DNA of 64,000 nt, taken from positions 1 to 64,000 of the forward strand of contig CAVZMH010000012.1 in NCBI GenBank assembly GCA_963776345.1, written 5' to 3'. Below the pieces are notes generated by a model, which saw only the letters and a list, made by a program, of their open reading frames with translations, was not told the DNA's origin and searched no databases. The translations under genes were made by a program, and so were the position numbers. Source of the stretch: an uncultured delta proteobacterium (GTDB lineage Bacteria; Myxococcota; Myxococcia; Myxococcales; Myxococcaceae). Shown here piece by piece: positions 53,076-61,921 of this stretch (position 1 is its first letter; each line of letters opens with the position of its first letter).

Positions 53076-54311
53076 GTGTCCCTAAACACCCTCCCGGTGC
53101 CCAGCGAGCGCGCGCAGGACGAGGGGAAGCTCGAGGGGCTGCACCCGCACTCGCCGAGCACTCCCGGCAGCCCCGACGAGCACGGTCGCCCGCTCAGGGT
53201 GGCGGTGGGCGCGCTCTTTCTCATCCTTGCGGTGGCGCTGGCGCTCAACCCCCGCCGCTGCATCGACTTCACCGTCTTCCGCACTGCCGGGGCGCGGCTG
53301 CTCGCAGGCACGAGCCTCTACCGGGTCGACGACGGCCCGATGCCGTTCAAGTACGCGCCTCCGGTGGCGGTGCTCTTCGCCCCGCTCGCGCTGCTCCCCC
53401 GGACCGTCGGTGCGGTGCTGTGGAACGCGGGCTCGGTCGTCCTGCTGCTGGTGGCGCTCTCGCGACTACGGCGGATCGACCCCGGCCCTCGAGACGCCGA
53501 CGGCAGCTGGGCGGCGCTCGCCCTGGCCGGCCCGGTGGGCAGCGTCCTCTTCTACGGCCAGGTGGACCTGTGGCTGCTGGGGCTGATCGCCCTCGCCGCG
53601 GCGGCGGCCCGCACCCGCCTCGATGGGGGGGCCGCGCTCGGGCTGGCGGTGCTCACCAAGCCCCCCGCGGTGCTCGCCGGGCTGTTCTTCCTCGTCCGGG
53701 GCCGGTGGCGGGCGCTGGCCGTCGCCGCCGGGGTCGCGCTGCTCGCCTGCGCCCTGTTCGCGCTCCGCGCCGGTGCGGACGCCTTCCTCGACCAGCTCGG
53801 CGCCTGGCGTGCGCTCGTCGAGCGGAGCACCGTGGAGTGGGTCACCGGACCGAACCCGCAGGGGCTCCCCACGATGCTCCTCGACGCCGCGGGCTGGCTC
53901 GGTGCACGCCCCGGCGCCGGGACGCTCTGGCTCGCCGAGCTCGCCTCCGCGCTGTTCTTCGCCGCGCTGGTGCTGGCCCTGCGGGACGACGCCGGAGCCG
54001 CCTTCCGGATGACCACCCTGGCCGTCGCGATGTGCTCGCCGCTCGCCTGGCGCGCGAACTTCGTGCTCGCCCTGCCCGGAGTGCGGCAGCTGGTGACCCG
54101 GGCGAGGGAGGGCGACCGGATCTCGCGCGGGGTGCTCGGGCTGGTGGTCCTGGCCAGCGTCTTCACCTCCGGCGCGCTCCTGGACCGGACGGCGACGGAG
54201 CGACTGCTCGCCCTCCGCCCGTGGGGTCTGCTCGGGCTGATGCTGGTGGTCGTGGAGATCTCGGCTCCGCGAGCCCGCGAGGCCGTGCGCGCCGGCACCC
54301 CACCCGACTAG
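53076..54311 (+). CDS. GT87-like (DUF2029) membrane glycosyltransferase
   Basis: DFTVF, FKYAPP, GQVD, TKP, SPLAW; multiple TM helices; start uncertain. Confidence 0.82.
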   Translation: MSLNTLPVPSERAQDEGKLEGLHPHSPSTPGSPDEHGRPLRVAVGALFLILAVALALNPRRCIDFTVFRTAGARLLAGTSLYRVDDGPMPFKYAPPVAVLFAPLALLPRTVGAVLWNAGSVVLLLVALSRLRRIDPGPRDADGSWAALALAGPVGSVLFYGQVDLWLLGLIALAAAAARTRLDGGAALGLAVLTKPPAVLAGLFFLVRGRWRALAVAAGVALLACALFALRAGADAFLDQLGAWRALVERSTVEWVTGPNPQGLPTMLLDAAGWLGARPGAGTLWLAELASALFFAALVLALRDDAGAAFRMTTLAVAMCSPLAWRANFVLALPGVRQLVTRAREGDRISRGVLGLVVLASVFTSGALLDRTATERLLALRPWGLLGLMLVVVEISAPRAREAVRAGTPPD

Positions 54312-54330
54312 AACCCCCGCGACGCGCGGC

Positions 54331-55314
54331 ATGGCCGATCTCCTCACCATCACCCCGCAGGGGCTGTACTGCGCCCGGGGAGGCTTCCACGTCGACCCGT
54401 GGGAGCCGGTGCCGCGCGCGGTGCTCACCCACGCCCACGCCGACCATGCGCGCGAGGGCAGCGCCGCCTACCTGTGCGCGGCCCCCGGGCTCCCCGTCGC
54501 CCGTCACCGTCTGCCGGGAGCGACCGTCGAGGCCTGGCCGTACGGCGAACGCCATGCCCTCGGTGACGTCCAGCTCTCGTTCCATCCGGCCGGACACGTG
54601 CTCGGCTCGGCGCAGCTCCGCGTCGAGGCGGAGGGGGAGGTTTGGGTGGTGAGCGGAGACTACAAGCGCGCGCCGGATCCGACCTGCGCTCCGTTCGAGC
54701 CCCTGCGCGCCGACGTCTTCCTCACCGAGGCCACCTTCGGGCTCCCCGTCTTCCGCTGGGAGCCGTCCGACGCGGTCATCGAGGACCTCCTCGGCTGGTG
54801 GGAGACGAACCGCGAGGCGGGCCGTGCCTCGCTGGTCTTCTGTCACGTGCTGGGGAAGGCCCAGCGTCTCCTCGGCGAGCTTCTGCTGCGCACCGATCGG
54901 CGGGTCTTCGCCCACGGCGCCATCGCCGGGATGAGCGACGTGTACCGCGACGCCGGCGTGCGCCTGCTTCCCCTGGACCGGGTGGCGGACACCGCCAGGG
55001 GGAAGGACTTCGCCGGCGAGCTGGTGCTCGCCCCCATCACTGCCCGCGGAACGCCGTGGATGCGGCGCTTCGGCGACGCGGCCATCGCCCTGGTGAGCGG
55101 ATTCATGCGGGTGCGCGGCGAGCGCCGGCGGAGGAGCGTCGATCGCGGCTTCGCCCTCTCCGACCACGCCGACTGGCCGGCACTCCTGGACACCATCCGG
55201 GAGACGGGTGCCGGGCGGGTGCTGGTGACGCACGGGTACGCGGTGCCGCTGGCGCAGCGGCTGCGCGAGCTGGGCATCCAGGCCGAGGCGCTGGAGACGC
55301 CGTACGGAACGTGA
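54331..55314 (+). CDS. Ligase-associated DNA damage response exonuclease (MBL/beta-CASP)
   Basis: THAHADH, AGHVLGSAQ, SGDYKR, TEATFGLP, LGKAQR, SDHADW, VTHG. Confidence 0.93.
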   Translation: MADLLTITPQGLYCARGGFHVDPWEPVPRAVLTHAHADHAREGSAAYLCAAPGLPVARHRLPGATVEAWPYGERHALGDVQLSFHPAGHVLGSAQLRVEAEGEVWVVSGDYKRAPDPTCAPFEPLRADVFLTEATFGLPVFRWEPSDAVIEDLLGWWETNREAGRASLVFCHVLGKAQRLLGELLLRTDRRVFAHGAIAGMSDVYRDAGVRLLPLDRVADTARGKDFAGELVLAPITARGTPWMRRFGDAAIALVSGFMRVRGERRRRSVDRGFALSDHADWPALLDTIRETGAGRVLVTHGYAVPLAQRLRELGIQAEALETPYGT

Positions 55315-55347
55315 CCAGGAGGAGGCGGTGGCCACGGAGCGCGCGCA

Positions 55348-57646
55348 ATGAGGACCTGGGCCAGGCGCATCGCAGCCCTGGTGCCCGTGCTGGGAGTCAC
55401 GGCCGCGGTGGTGGCGGTGGTCGACGTCCGCGGGCAGCTCCCGGACCGGCGCACGCCCCGCATCCCCGGGCTCGCGGCGCCGGTGGAGGTCCGCTTCGAC
55501 GCCCGGGGCATCCCCACGGTCCGCGCCGGCTCGCTCCGGGACGCGCTGCGCGTCGAGGGGTACCTCCAGGCGCGCGAGCGGCTCTTCCAGATGGAGCTCG
55601 GCCGCCGCGTCGCGGGCGGCGAGGTCTCGGAGCTGGTGGGGCCCGCCGCGCTCGGGCTCGACCGGCGCCAGCGCGTCTACGGCTTCGCCGGGGTGGCCGA
55701 GGAGGCCGTCCGCCGGCTTCCGGCCGAGGAGCGCGACGACGCCCAGGCGCTCGCCGACGGCGTCAACGCCTTCATCGCCACGCACCACGGTCGCTGGGGG
55801 CTCGAGTTCCAGTTCCTGGCGCTCGAGCCGCGGCCGTGGACCCCCGCCGACTCCATCCGGGTCCTGCTCCTGATGCACCAGCAGCTCTCCGAGAGCTGGG
55901 AGCACGAGCTGGTCTCCGAGGCGCTGTCCGCGCTCCCGCCCGAGCGGCGGAGCTTCCTCCTCCCGGACGTCAGCGCCGACGACGTGCTGGTCGTTCCGGA
56001 CGCCGAGCCGAGGCCGCCGCCGAGCACCGCCGGTCTGCTCACCCGCGGCGCGCCCCCGGCGCGGCCCGGCGCCGGCGCCCCCGCGGCCCGAGCCGCTGGA
56101 GGTCCTCGGCGTCCCGCTCGAGCCGTCGGGGTGGGCCTCGCCGCCCGAGGTGGGGAGCAACGGCTGGGTCATCGCCGGCGCGCACACCGCGCGAGGCAAG
56201 CCCATCCTCGCCAACGACCCTCACCTGGGCTTCACCGCGCCCGGCACCTGGTACCCGATGCGCATCGAGCTGCTCGCGCCCGACGGCTCGGTGCAGCGCT
56301 GGGTGCAGGGGGTGAGCCTCCCGGGGCTGCCCGGGCTGGTCATCTTCCAGAACGACCGGCTGGCCATCGGCTTCACCAACACCGGCACCGACGTGCAGGA
56401 CCTCTACCGCGAGCCCGAGGTGGGCCAGCGGGTGGAGCGCATCGCGGTGAAGGGCGCCGCGTCCGAGACGCTCACCGTGTCGCTCGGCCGCCACGGCCCG
56501 ATGGTGCGGCCCGGCCTCTCCCTCCACTGGGCGGCGCTGGACCCGTCGACGCTGCGGCTGCCGGTCACGAGGATGATGCTGGCCACCGACTGGGCGAGCC
56601 TCAACGCGGCGGCGGACGGCTTCCTCGGTCCGGGCCAGAACGTCCTCTACGCGGACGTGGACGGGCACATCGGCTGGCGCGCCGCCGGGGTGCTCCCGCT
56701 GCGCGCGGCCGGGGACGACGGGCGCACGCCGCGAGACGGCTCCACGCCGGCGCACGACTGGACGGGCTACCTCCCACCCTCGCGGATGCCGCGGGTGCTC
56801 GACCCGCCGTCGGGCCGGGTGGTCACCGCCAACCAGCGCCTCATCGGGACGGCGAGCGGCGTCCACTGGGCCTCGGAATGGGCCTCGCCCACTCGCGCGC
56901 GTCGGATCACCGAGCTGGTCTCGAGCGAGGGACACGATGCGCGCTCGGTCCGGGCGATGCAGCTGGACACCGTGGGCATCGTCCATCGCGAGGTGGTGGA
57001 GCGGCTCGCCCCGCTGCTCCGCCCGGAGCTGGCCAGGGCATTCGCCGGGTGGGACGGCCGGGCCAGCGCCGACTCGCGCCTGTTCCGTGCGGCCGAGGAG
57101 GTGCGCCGCCGGGCCTACGTCGCCGTCGCCGTCGCCGCAGCCGCGCTGCGGGGCGCGGGCCTCACGGCCGAGGACCTCCACTGGTACAACAGCGACCCGA
57201 CCCTGCTCGCCGGGGTGCGCGCCTCGCCCGAGGGCTGGAGGAGGGCCGGGCTGGGAGACCGGGACGCGGTGCTCGGAGCAGCCGTCCGCGACGTGACGCT
57301 CGACGGGCCCGCGTGGGGCGAGCGGAACCGGCTGGAGGTGAAGCATCCATTCGGGCGCTCGGGCGGCGTGCTGGGCTGGCTGTTCAATCCGCCGGCTCCG
57401 GCGCTCTCCGGCTGCGACCGGTGCGTCCGGGTGGCAACGCCGCAGTTCGGGCAGAGCATGCGCTTCGTGGTGGACCTCGCCGATCCCGAGGCGACCACGC
57501 TGGTGCTGGCGCTCGGCGCCTCGGGCCACGTCTGGAGCCCGAACCGCACGGATCAGCAGCGCGACTGGCTGGAGGGCGATCTCGACGGGCACCGCACCCG
57601 GCTGCACGCGCCCTCGGTGGGCGCGCCGATGGTCTTCGCCCCGTGA
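55348..57646 (+). pseudogene. Penicillin acylase family (Ntn hydrolase), frameshifted near 56045-56095
   Basis: Alpha part RFDARGIP, GYLQARERLFQME; beta part GSNGW, LANDPHL, QNVLYAD, VTANQ, GQSMRFVVD in the +1 frame. Confidence 0.8.
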
Positions 57647-59256
57647 AGCGGTTCGCGGATCTCTACGAGGCGCTCGACTCGACCACCTCGACCCTGGCCA
57701 AGGTGGCCGCGATGGGCCGGTACTTCCGCGAGGCGCCGGCGGGCGACGCCGCGTGGGCGCTGTGGTTCCTCACCGGGCGGCGTCCGAAGCGGCTCCTGGG
57801 AGTGCGGGCGCTGGTGGGCTGGACGCTCGAGCTCACCGGGACGCCGGACTGGCTGTTCGCCGAGTGCTACGCGGTGGTGGGCGACCTCGCCGAGTGCATC
57901 GCGCTCCTGCTCGACGACGGCACCCGCGTCACCCACCCCGACGAGACGCCGCTGTCGGAGTGGATGGAGCAGCGCATCCTCCCGCTGCGGGGACTCGACG
58001 CCGAGGAGCAGCGGGCCCGGGTCACCGGCTGGTGGCGCACGCTCGACCGGCGGGAGCTCTTCCTCCTCAACAAGCTGCTGACCGGCGAGCTCCGGGTGGG
58101 GGTCTCGGCGACGCTGGTCCTGCGCGCGCTGGCCGAGGTGGCCCAGCTTCCGCCGGCGCTCCTCGCCCAGCGCACGATGGGCGACTGGACCCCGTCGGCC
58201 GAGCTCCTCGAGCGCCTCCTCGCGCGGGAGCACGTGACGGACGACGCGTCACGGCCCTACCCCTTCTTCCTCGCCTCGCCGCTGGAGGACGGGCCGGAGG
58301 GCCTGGGCGAACGCGCGGCGTGGCAGGCCGAATGGAAGTGGGACGGCATCCGCGGACAGCTCATCCGGCGCGAGTCCCGCGTGTTCCTCTGGTCGCGGGG
58401 CGAGGAGCTGGTCACCGAGCGCTTCCCCGAGGTGGTCGAGGCCGGCGAGACGCTGCCCGACGGCACGGTGCTCGACGGCGAGGTGCTGGCGTACGGCGAG
58501 GACCGGCCGCTCCCGTTCGCCCTGCTGCAGACCCGCATCGGGAGGCAGACGCTGACCCCCAAGATCCTCGCCCGGGCGCCGGCGGCGTTCATGGCCTACG
58601 ACCTGCTCGAGCAGGAGGGGCGCGACCTCCGCGAGCTGCCGCTGTCCGGGCGCCGCGCGCGGCTCGAGGCGCTCCTCGCCGGCCGGCACCGCCGCTTCTT
58701 CCTCTCCGAGGTGCTCGCCGACCCGAGCTGGGAGTCGCTGGCAAAGCGGCGGCAGGAGGCGCGGGAACGGAAGGTGGAAGGGCTGATGCTCAAGCGCCTC
58801 GACTCGCCATACCGCACCGGCCGCCGACGCGGCGACTGGTGGAAGTGGAAGATCGACCCGTTCCAGGTCGACGCGGTGCTGCTCTACGCGCACCCGGGCA
58901 ACGGCCGGCGGGCCAACCTCTTCACCGACTACACCTTCGCCGTCTGGGACCAGGGCACGCTGGTCCCGGTGGCCAAGGCATACTCGGGGCTCAGCGACGC
59001 GGAGATCCGCGAGCTCGACGGCTGGGTGCGGTCACACACCGTCCAGCGCTTCGGGCCGGTGCGCGCGGTGGAGCCGACCCAGGTCTTCGAGCTGCACTTC
59101 GAGGGGATCGCGCGGTCCACGCGGCACAAGTCGGGGGTCGCGGTGCGCTTCCCGCGCATCGCCCGCTGGCGGACCGACAAGCCGGCCAGCGAGGCGGACA
59201 CGCTGGAGAGTCTGAAACGGATGATCCCCGGGGCGGCGCACCCCGGGGATCGCTGA
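57643..59256 (+). CDS. ATP-dependent DNA ligase
   Basis: GTG start overlapping the upstream TGA; EWKWDGIR, LDGE, AYDLL, EGLMLK, WWKWK, VRFPRI. Confidence 0.95.
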   Translation: MKRFADLYEALDSTTSTLAKVAAMGRYFREAPAGDAAWALWFLTGRRPKRLLGVRALVGWTLELTGTPDWLFAECYAVVGDLAECIALLLDDGTRVTHPDETPLSEWMEQRILPLRGLDAEEQRARVTGWWRTLDRRELFLLNKLLTGELRVGVSATLVLRALAEVAQLPPALLAQRTMGDWTPSAELLERLLAREHVTDDASRPYPFFLASPLEDGPEGLGERAAWQAEWKWDGIRGQLIRRESRVFLWSRGEELVTERFPEVVEAGETLPDGTVLDGEVLAYGEDRPLPFALLQTRIGRQTLTPKILARAPAAFMAYDLLEQEGRDLRELPLSGRRARLEALLAGRHRRFFLSEVLADPSWESLAKRRQEARERKVEGLMLKRLDSPYRTGRRRGDWWKWKIDPFQVDAVLLYAHPGNGRRANLFTDYTFAVWDQGTLVPVAKAYSGLSDAEIRELDGWVRSHTVQRFGPVRAVEPTQVFELHFEGIARSTRHKSGVAVRFPRIARWRTDKPASEADTLESLKRMIPGAAHPGDR

Positions 59257-59278
59257 GCCGCCAGACCCTGCCGCGGGC

Positions 59279-61786
59279 TCAGTTGATGATGAACAGGTCG
59301 AGGCTCACTGCGTTGGAGACGCCCACCTGGTTGAGCGAATCGTTCACGTACACCTTGAGCGTCCCGATGCCCGTGGTGCATCCGGCCGTCTTCAGCGTGC
59401 TCGTGTCCCAGGTCGCGTTGATGTAGGGCGGCGAGTCCGGCTGCGGCGTCACGGTGAGGGTCTCCTCGAGGCAGCCGGTGAACGGGGACTGCCACGTCCA
59501 GCGGTAGGTCAGGGGAGCCACGCCTCCCTGCGGGAAGGCCTGGAGCGTGACCACGGAGCCAGCCTGCGCCGAGGCAGGGCTCACCGGCTTGGTGATGGTG
59601 ATGGTCGGATTGGGCGGCGTGGGCTGCACGTCGATGACGATCGACGCCGACCCCTGCCCCCCGAACTGGTCCCGTGCGGTGAAGGTCAGCGTCCGGGGCC
59701 CGGCGCTCCCCGCGAAGTAGGTCTGGATGCAGCCCGGGCCGATGAATCCATCGCTCGCGTCGCTGCTGCTCCAGGAGATGTTGTTCGGCGACTGGCAGAG
59801 GTCGGAGAGGTTCTGGAACGCCTTGCCCACCACCTGGAAATTGCGGTCCGCGTAGACGGTGTCACCGGCGCCGGGACTCACGATCGAGGCGGCGACCGGG
59901 ACGTCATTGATGGTCACCTGGACCTGCGCCGAGGTCGTGGCGCCCTGGCTGTCCTTCGCCGTGGCGGTGATCACCTGGGCCCCGATCTTCTTGAAGGCGT
60001 AGGTCAGCGACACGCCGGCGCCGAGATTGCCTTCCACGTCCGACTGCCAGGAAATCTGGCAGCAGGCGTTCCCGTCCTCGAGGTCCTTCGCCTGCGCGAT
60101 GAAGCTCACCCCGGGCACCCCCACCGTCTCGCTGGCATTGTTCGCCGGCGTGGTGATGCGAATCGCCGGCGGATTGTTCTGCTTGCTCAGCGCGGACTTC
60201 ACCGCGGCCAGCGCGTTGATGACCAGCCCGTCCCCGCCCGGCGTCGAGTCGGCGGTGTTCAGGAGGATGGCGAACACCTGGTCGGCGTTCAGCGAGGGGT
60301 CCGCGGCCCAGACCAGCGCGGCGATGCCGGCCGAGAAGGGAGAGGAGAAGCTGGTTCCGCTGTCCCACCGGCCCGCGCTGCCCTGGATGTTCCCCGCGCC
60401 GTCCGGATCCGGTCCGACGATGACCGTGAACGGGGCGTAGAAGTCCACCGAGTTGTCCTGGGCCGCCGGAGAGTCGCCGTTGTTGCGGCGCCGCTGGAAC
60501 CGTCCCCAGTTGCTGCCCGGGTCCGCGTAGCGGGTCCCGTACTTCAGGCCGGCGACGCAGACCACGTCGTCCATCTCACAGGGGAGGTAGACGTCGCTCT
60601 CCCAGCAGACGCCGAAGCAGTCCTCGTGGTCGACGTCCGCCCCCTCGTTCCCCGCCGCGGCGAAGACCAGGGCGCCCTGCGCGAAGCGGATCTGCACCGG
60701 TCCGAAGGTCTTGCCCCGGATCAAGGTGATGATGTTGTTCAGGGGCACGATCATGAAGCCGAGCACGCCGGGCCACGAGGTGGTCGCGCTGATGTTGATC
60801 ACCCGGGGGCCTTCCGCCAGGGAGCCGAGGACGTTCATCGCGTAGCCGACGTACTGGAAGACGTCGGGAGAGGGGCTGGGCACCGCGAGGACGTCGGCGA
60901 TGGGGGCGGCCGTCCCCACCCCGCCGTACTCGTTGTCCAGGATCCCGGCGAGGGTCGACATCACCGCGGTCCCGTGCCAGGGGCAGGGGCTGCTGCCGGT
61001 GCAGGTCGCGGGGTTCATCTTCCCCCAGCCGTTGCTCGGCAGCATCCCGGCCGAGACCGGCACGTCCGGGTTCTTCACGAAACCGCCGTCCAGGATCAGC
61101 ACCTTCACCCTGTTCCCCAGCTTCCCTGCCGCGAGGAGGGCCTGCCACGCCTCGGGCACGTGGTGGATGAGCATGTGCGGCCAGGTGAAGGGATCGGAGC
61201 TCACCGAGCTGTCCGGCGGCGCACCCTCGGTGGCGCTCCCCTCCCAGAGGCCCTGCGAGACGAGCAGGGGGTTGATGCCGACGGAGAGGCTCGGGTCGGC
61301 CAGCCTCTCCTGGGTGGCCACCGCGAGGAGCTGGGTCACCCGGTCGCTCGAGACCTTGAGATCGCCGCGCGCCTGGGGATCGATGCTCTGCCACTTGGCC
61401 CCGAGCCCGGAGACGTCCGCTCCGCTCGGGTCGACGCGCACCAGGTACATCCGGAAGTCGGTGCTCCCGATGGCGTCGAACGCCGCACTGGAGACGACGG
61501 TCCCCTTCCAGCGGGCGGCCAGCGCGTCGACCTTCGACTTCTGGTCGGTGACCACCATCAGCTCGTCGAGCACCAGGTCGCTCTTCCCCCCGGGCCCCTG
61601 CACCGCGCCCACCGCGCGGTCGGGCCCGCCGTCGATGCCGGCCACGGTGGGCATCGAAGGTGTCACCGTGGGGTCGGTCTGGATCGTCGGGACGGGGGGA
61701 CGGTTCGAGTTGTTGCTGTTCCCCGGCTGCGTGCAGGCGCACAGCAGCAGGGCCCAGACCACGGTTCGGACGCCTCTCGGGTGCAT
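59279..61786 (-). CDS. S8 subtilase lipoprotein with C-terminal Ig/PKD-like domains
   Basis: Lipobox LCAC; catalytic ILDGG, WHGTAV, AAGN, GTSFSSP. Confidence 0.9.
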   Translation of the reverse strand: MHPRGVRTVVWALLLCACTQPGNSNNSNRPPVPTIQTDPTVTPSMPTVAGIDGGPDRAVGAVQGPGGKSDLVLDELMVVTDQKSKVDALAARWKGTVVSSAAFDAIGSTDFRMYLVRVDPSGADVSGLGAKWQSIDPQARGDLKVSSDRVTQLLAVATQERLADPSLSVGINPLLVSQGLWEGSATEGAPPDSSVSSDPFTWPHMLIHHVPEAWQALLAAGKLGNRVKVLILDGGFVKNPDVPVSAGMLPSNGWGKMNPATCTGSSPCPWHGTAVMSTLAGILDNEYGGVGTAAPIADVLAVPSPSPDVFQYVGYAMNVLGSLAEGPRVINISATTSWPGVLGFMIVPLNNIITLIRGKTFGPVQIRFAQGALVFAAAGNEGADVDHEDCFGVCWESDVYLPCEMDDVVCVAGLKYGTRYADPGSNWGRFQRRRNNGDSPAAQDNSVDFYAPFTVIVGPDPDGAGNIQGSAGRWDSGTSFSSPFSAGIAALVWAADPSLNADQVFAILLNTADSTPGGDGLVINALAAVKSALSKQNNPPAIRITTPANNASETVGVPGVSFIAQAKDLEDGNACCQISWQSDVEGNLGAGVSLTYAFKKIGAQVITATAKDSQGATTSAQVQVTINDVPVAASIVSPGAGDTVYADRNFQVVGKAFQNLSDLCQSPNNISWSSSDASDGFIGPGCIQTYFAGSAGPRTLTFTARDQFGGQGSASIVIDVQPTPPNPTITITKPVSPASAQAGSVVTLQAFPQGGVAPLTYRWTWQSPFTGCLEETLTVTPQPDSPPYINATWDTSTLKTAGCTTGIGTLKVYVNDSLNQVGVSNAVSLDLFIIN

Positions 61787-61815
61787 GACTCCTCCGGTGA
61801 TGGAGGCCCCGGTGA

Positions 61816-61831
61816 AGCAGGGCCCGTGCCC
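61816..61831 (-). promoter_or_regulatory. Sigma54-type promoter of the subtilase gene
   Basis: GGGCACGGGCCCTGCT with GG-N10-GC spacing, 30 bp upstream of the ATG. Confidence 0.6.
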
Positions 61832-61872
61832 GTGAGTGCCGGCGGGATGTTGCGCGGGTGGGATGCCCGTCG

Positions 61873-61921
61873 GTCACACCTCGGAGCGGGCGGTGTCACA
61901 CCGCCCGGAGCGGGGTGTCAC
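61873..61921. repeat. Three GTCAC cores at exact 22-bp period with an internal palindrome
   Basis: GTCAC at 61873, 61895, 61917; GGGCGGTGT-C-ACACCGCCC at 61888-61906. Confidence 0.75.

Noticed and set aside
55348..59256. 1302-aa acylase-DNA ligase fusion ORF
   Set aside because: The middle is off-frame, low-complexity translation over the acylase beta subunit; the ligase has its own GTG start at 57643
61873..61921. CRISPR-like periodic repeat
   Set aside because: The period is only 22 bp with three short cores, no unique spacers and no cas genes
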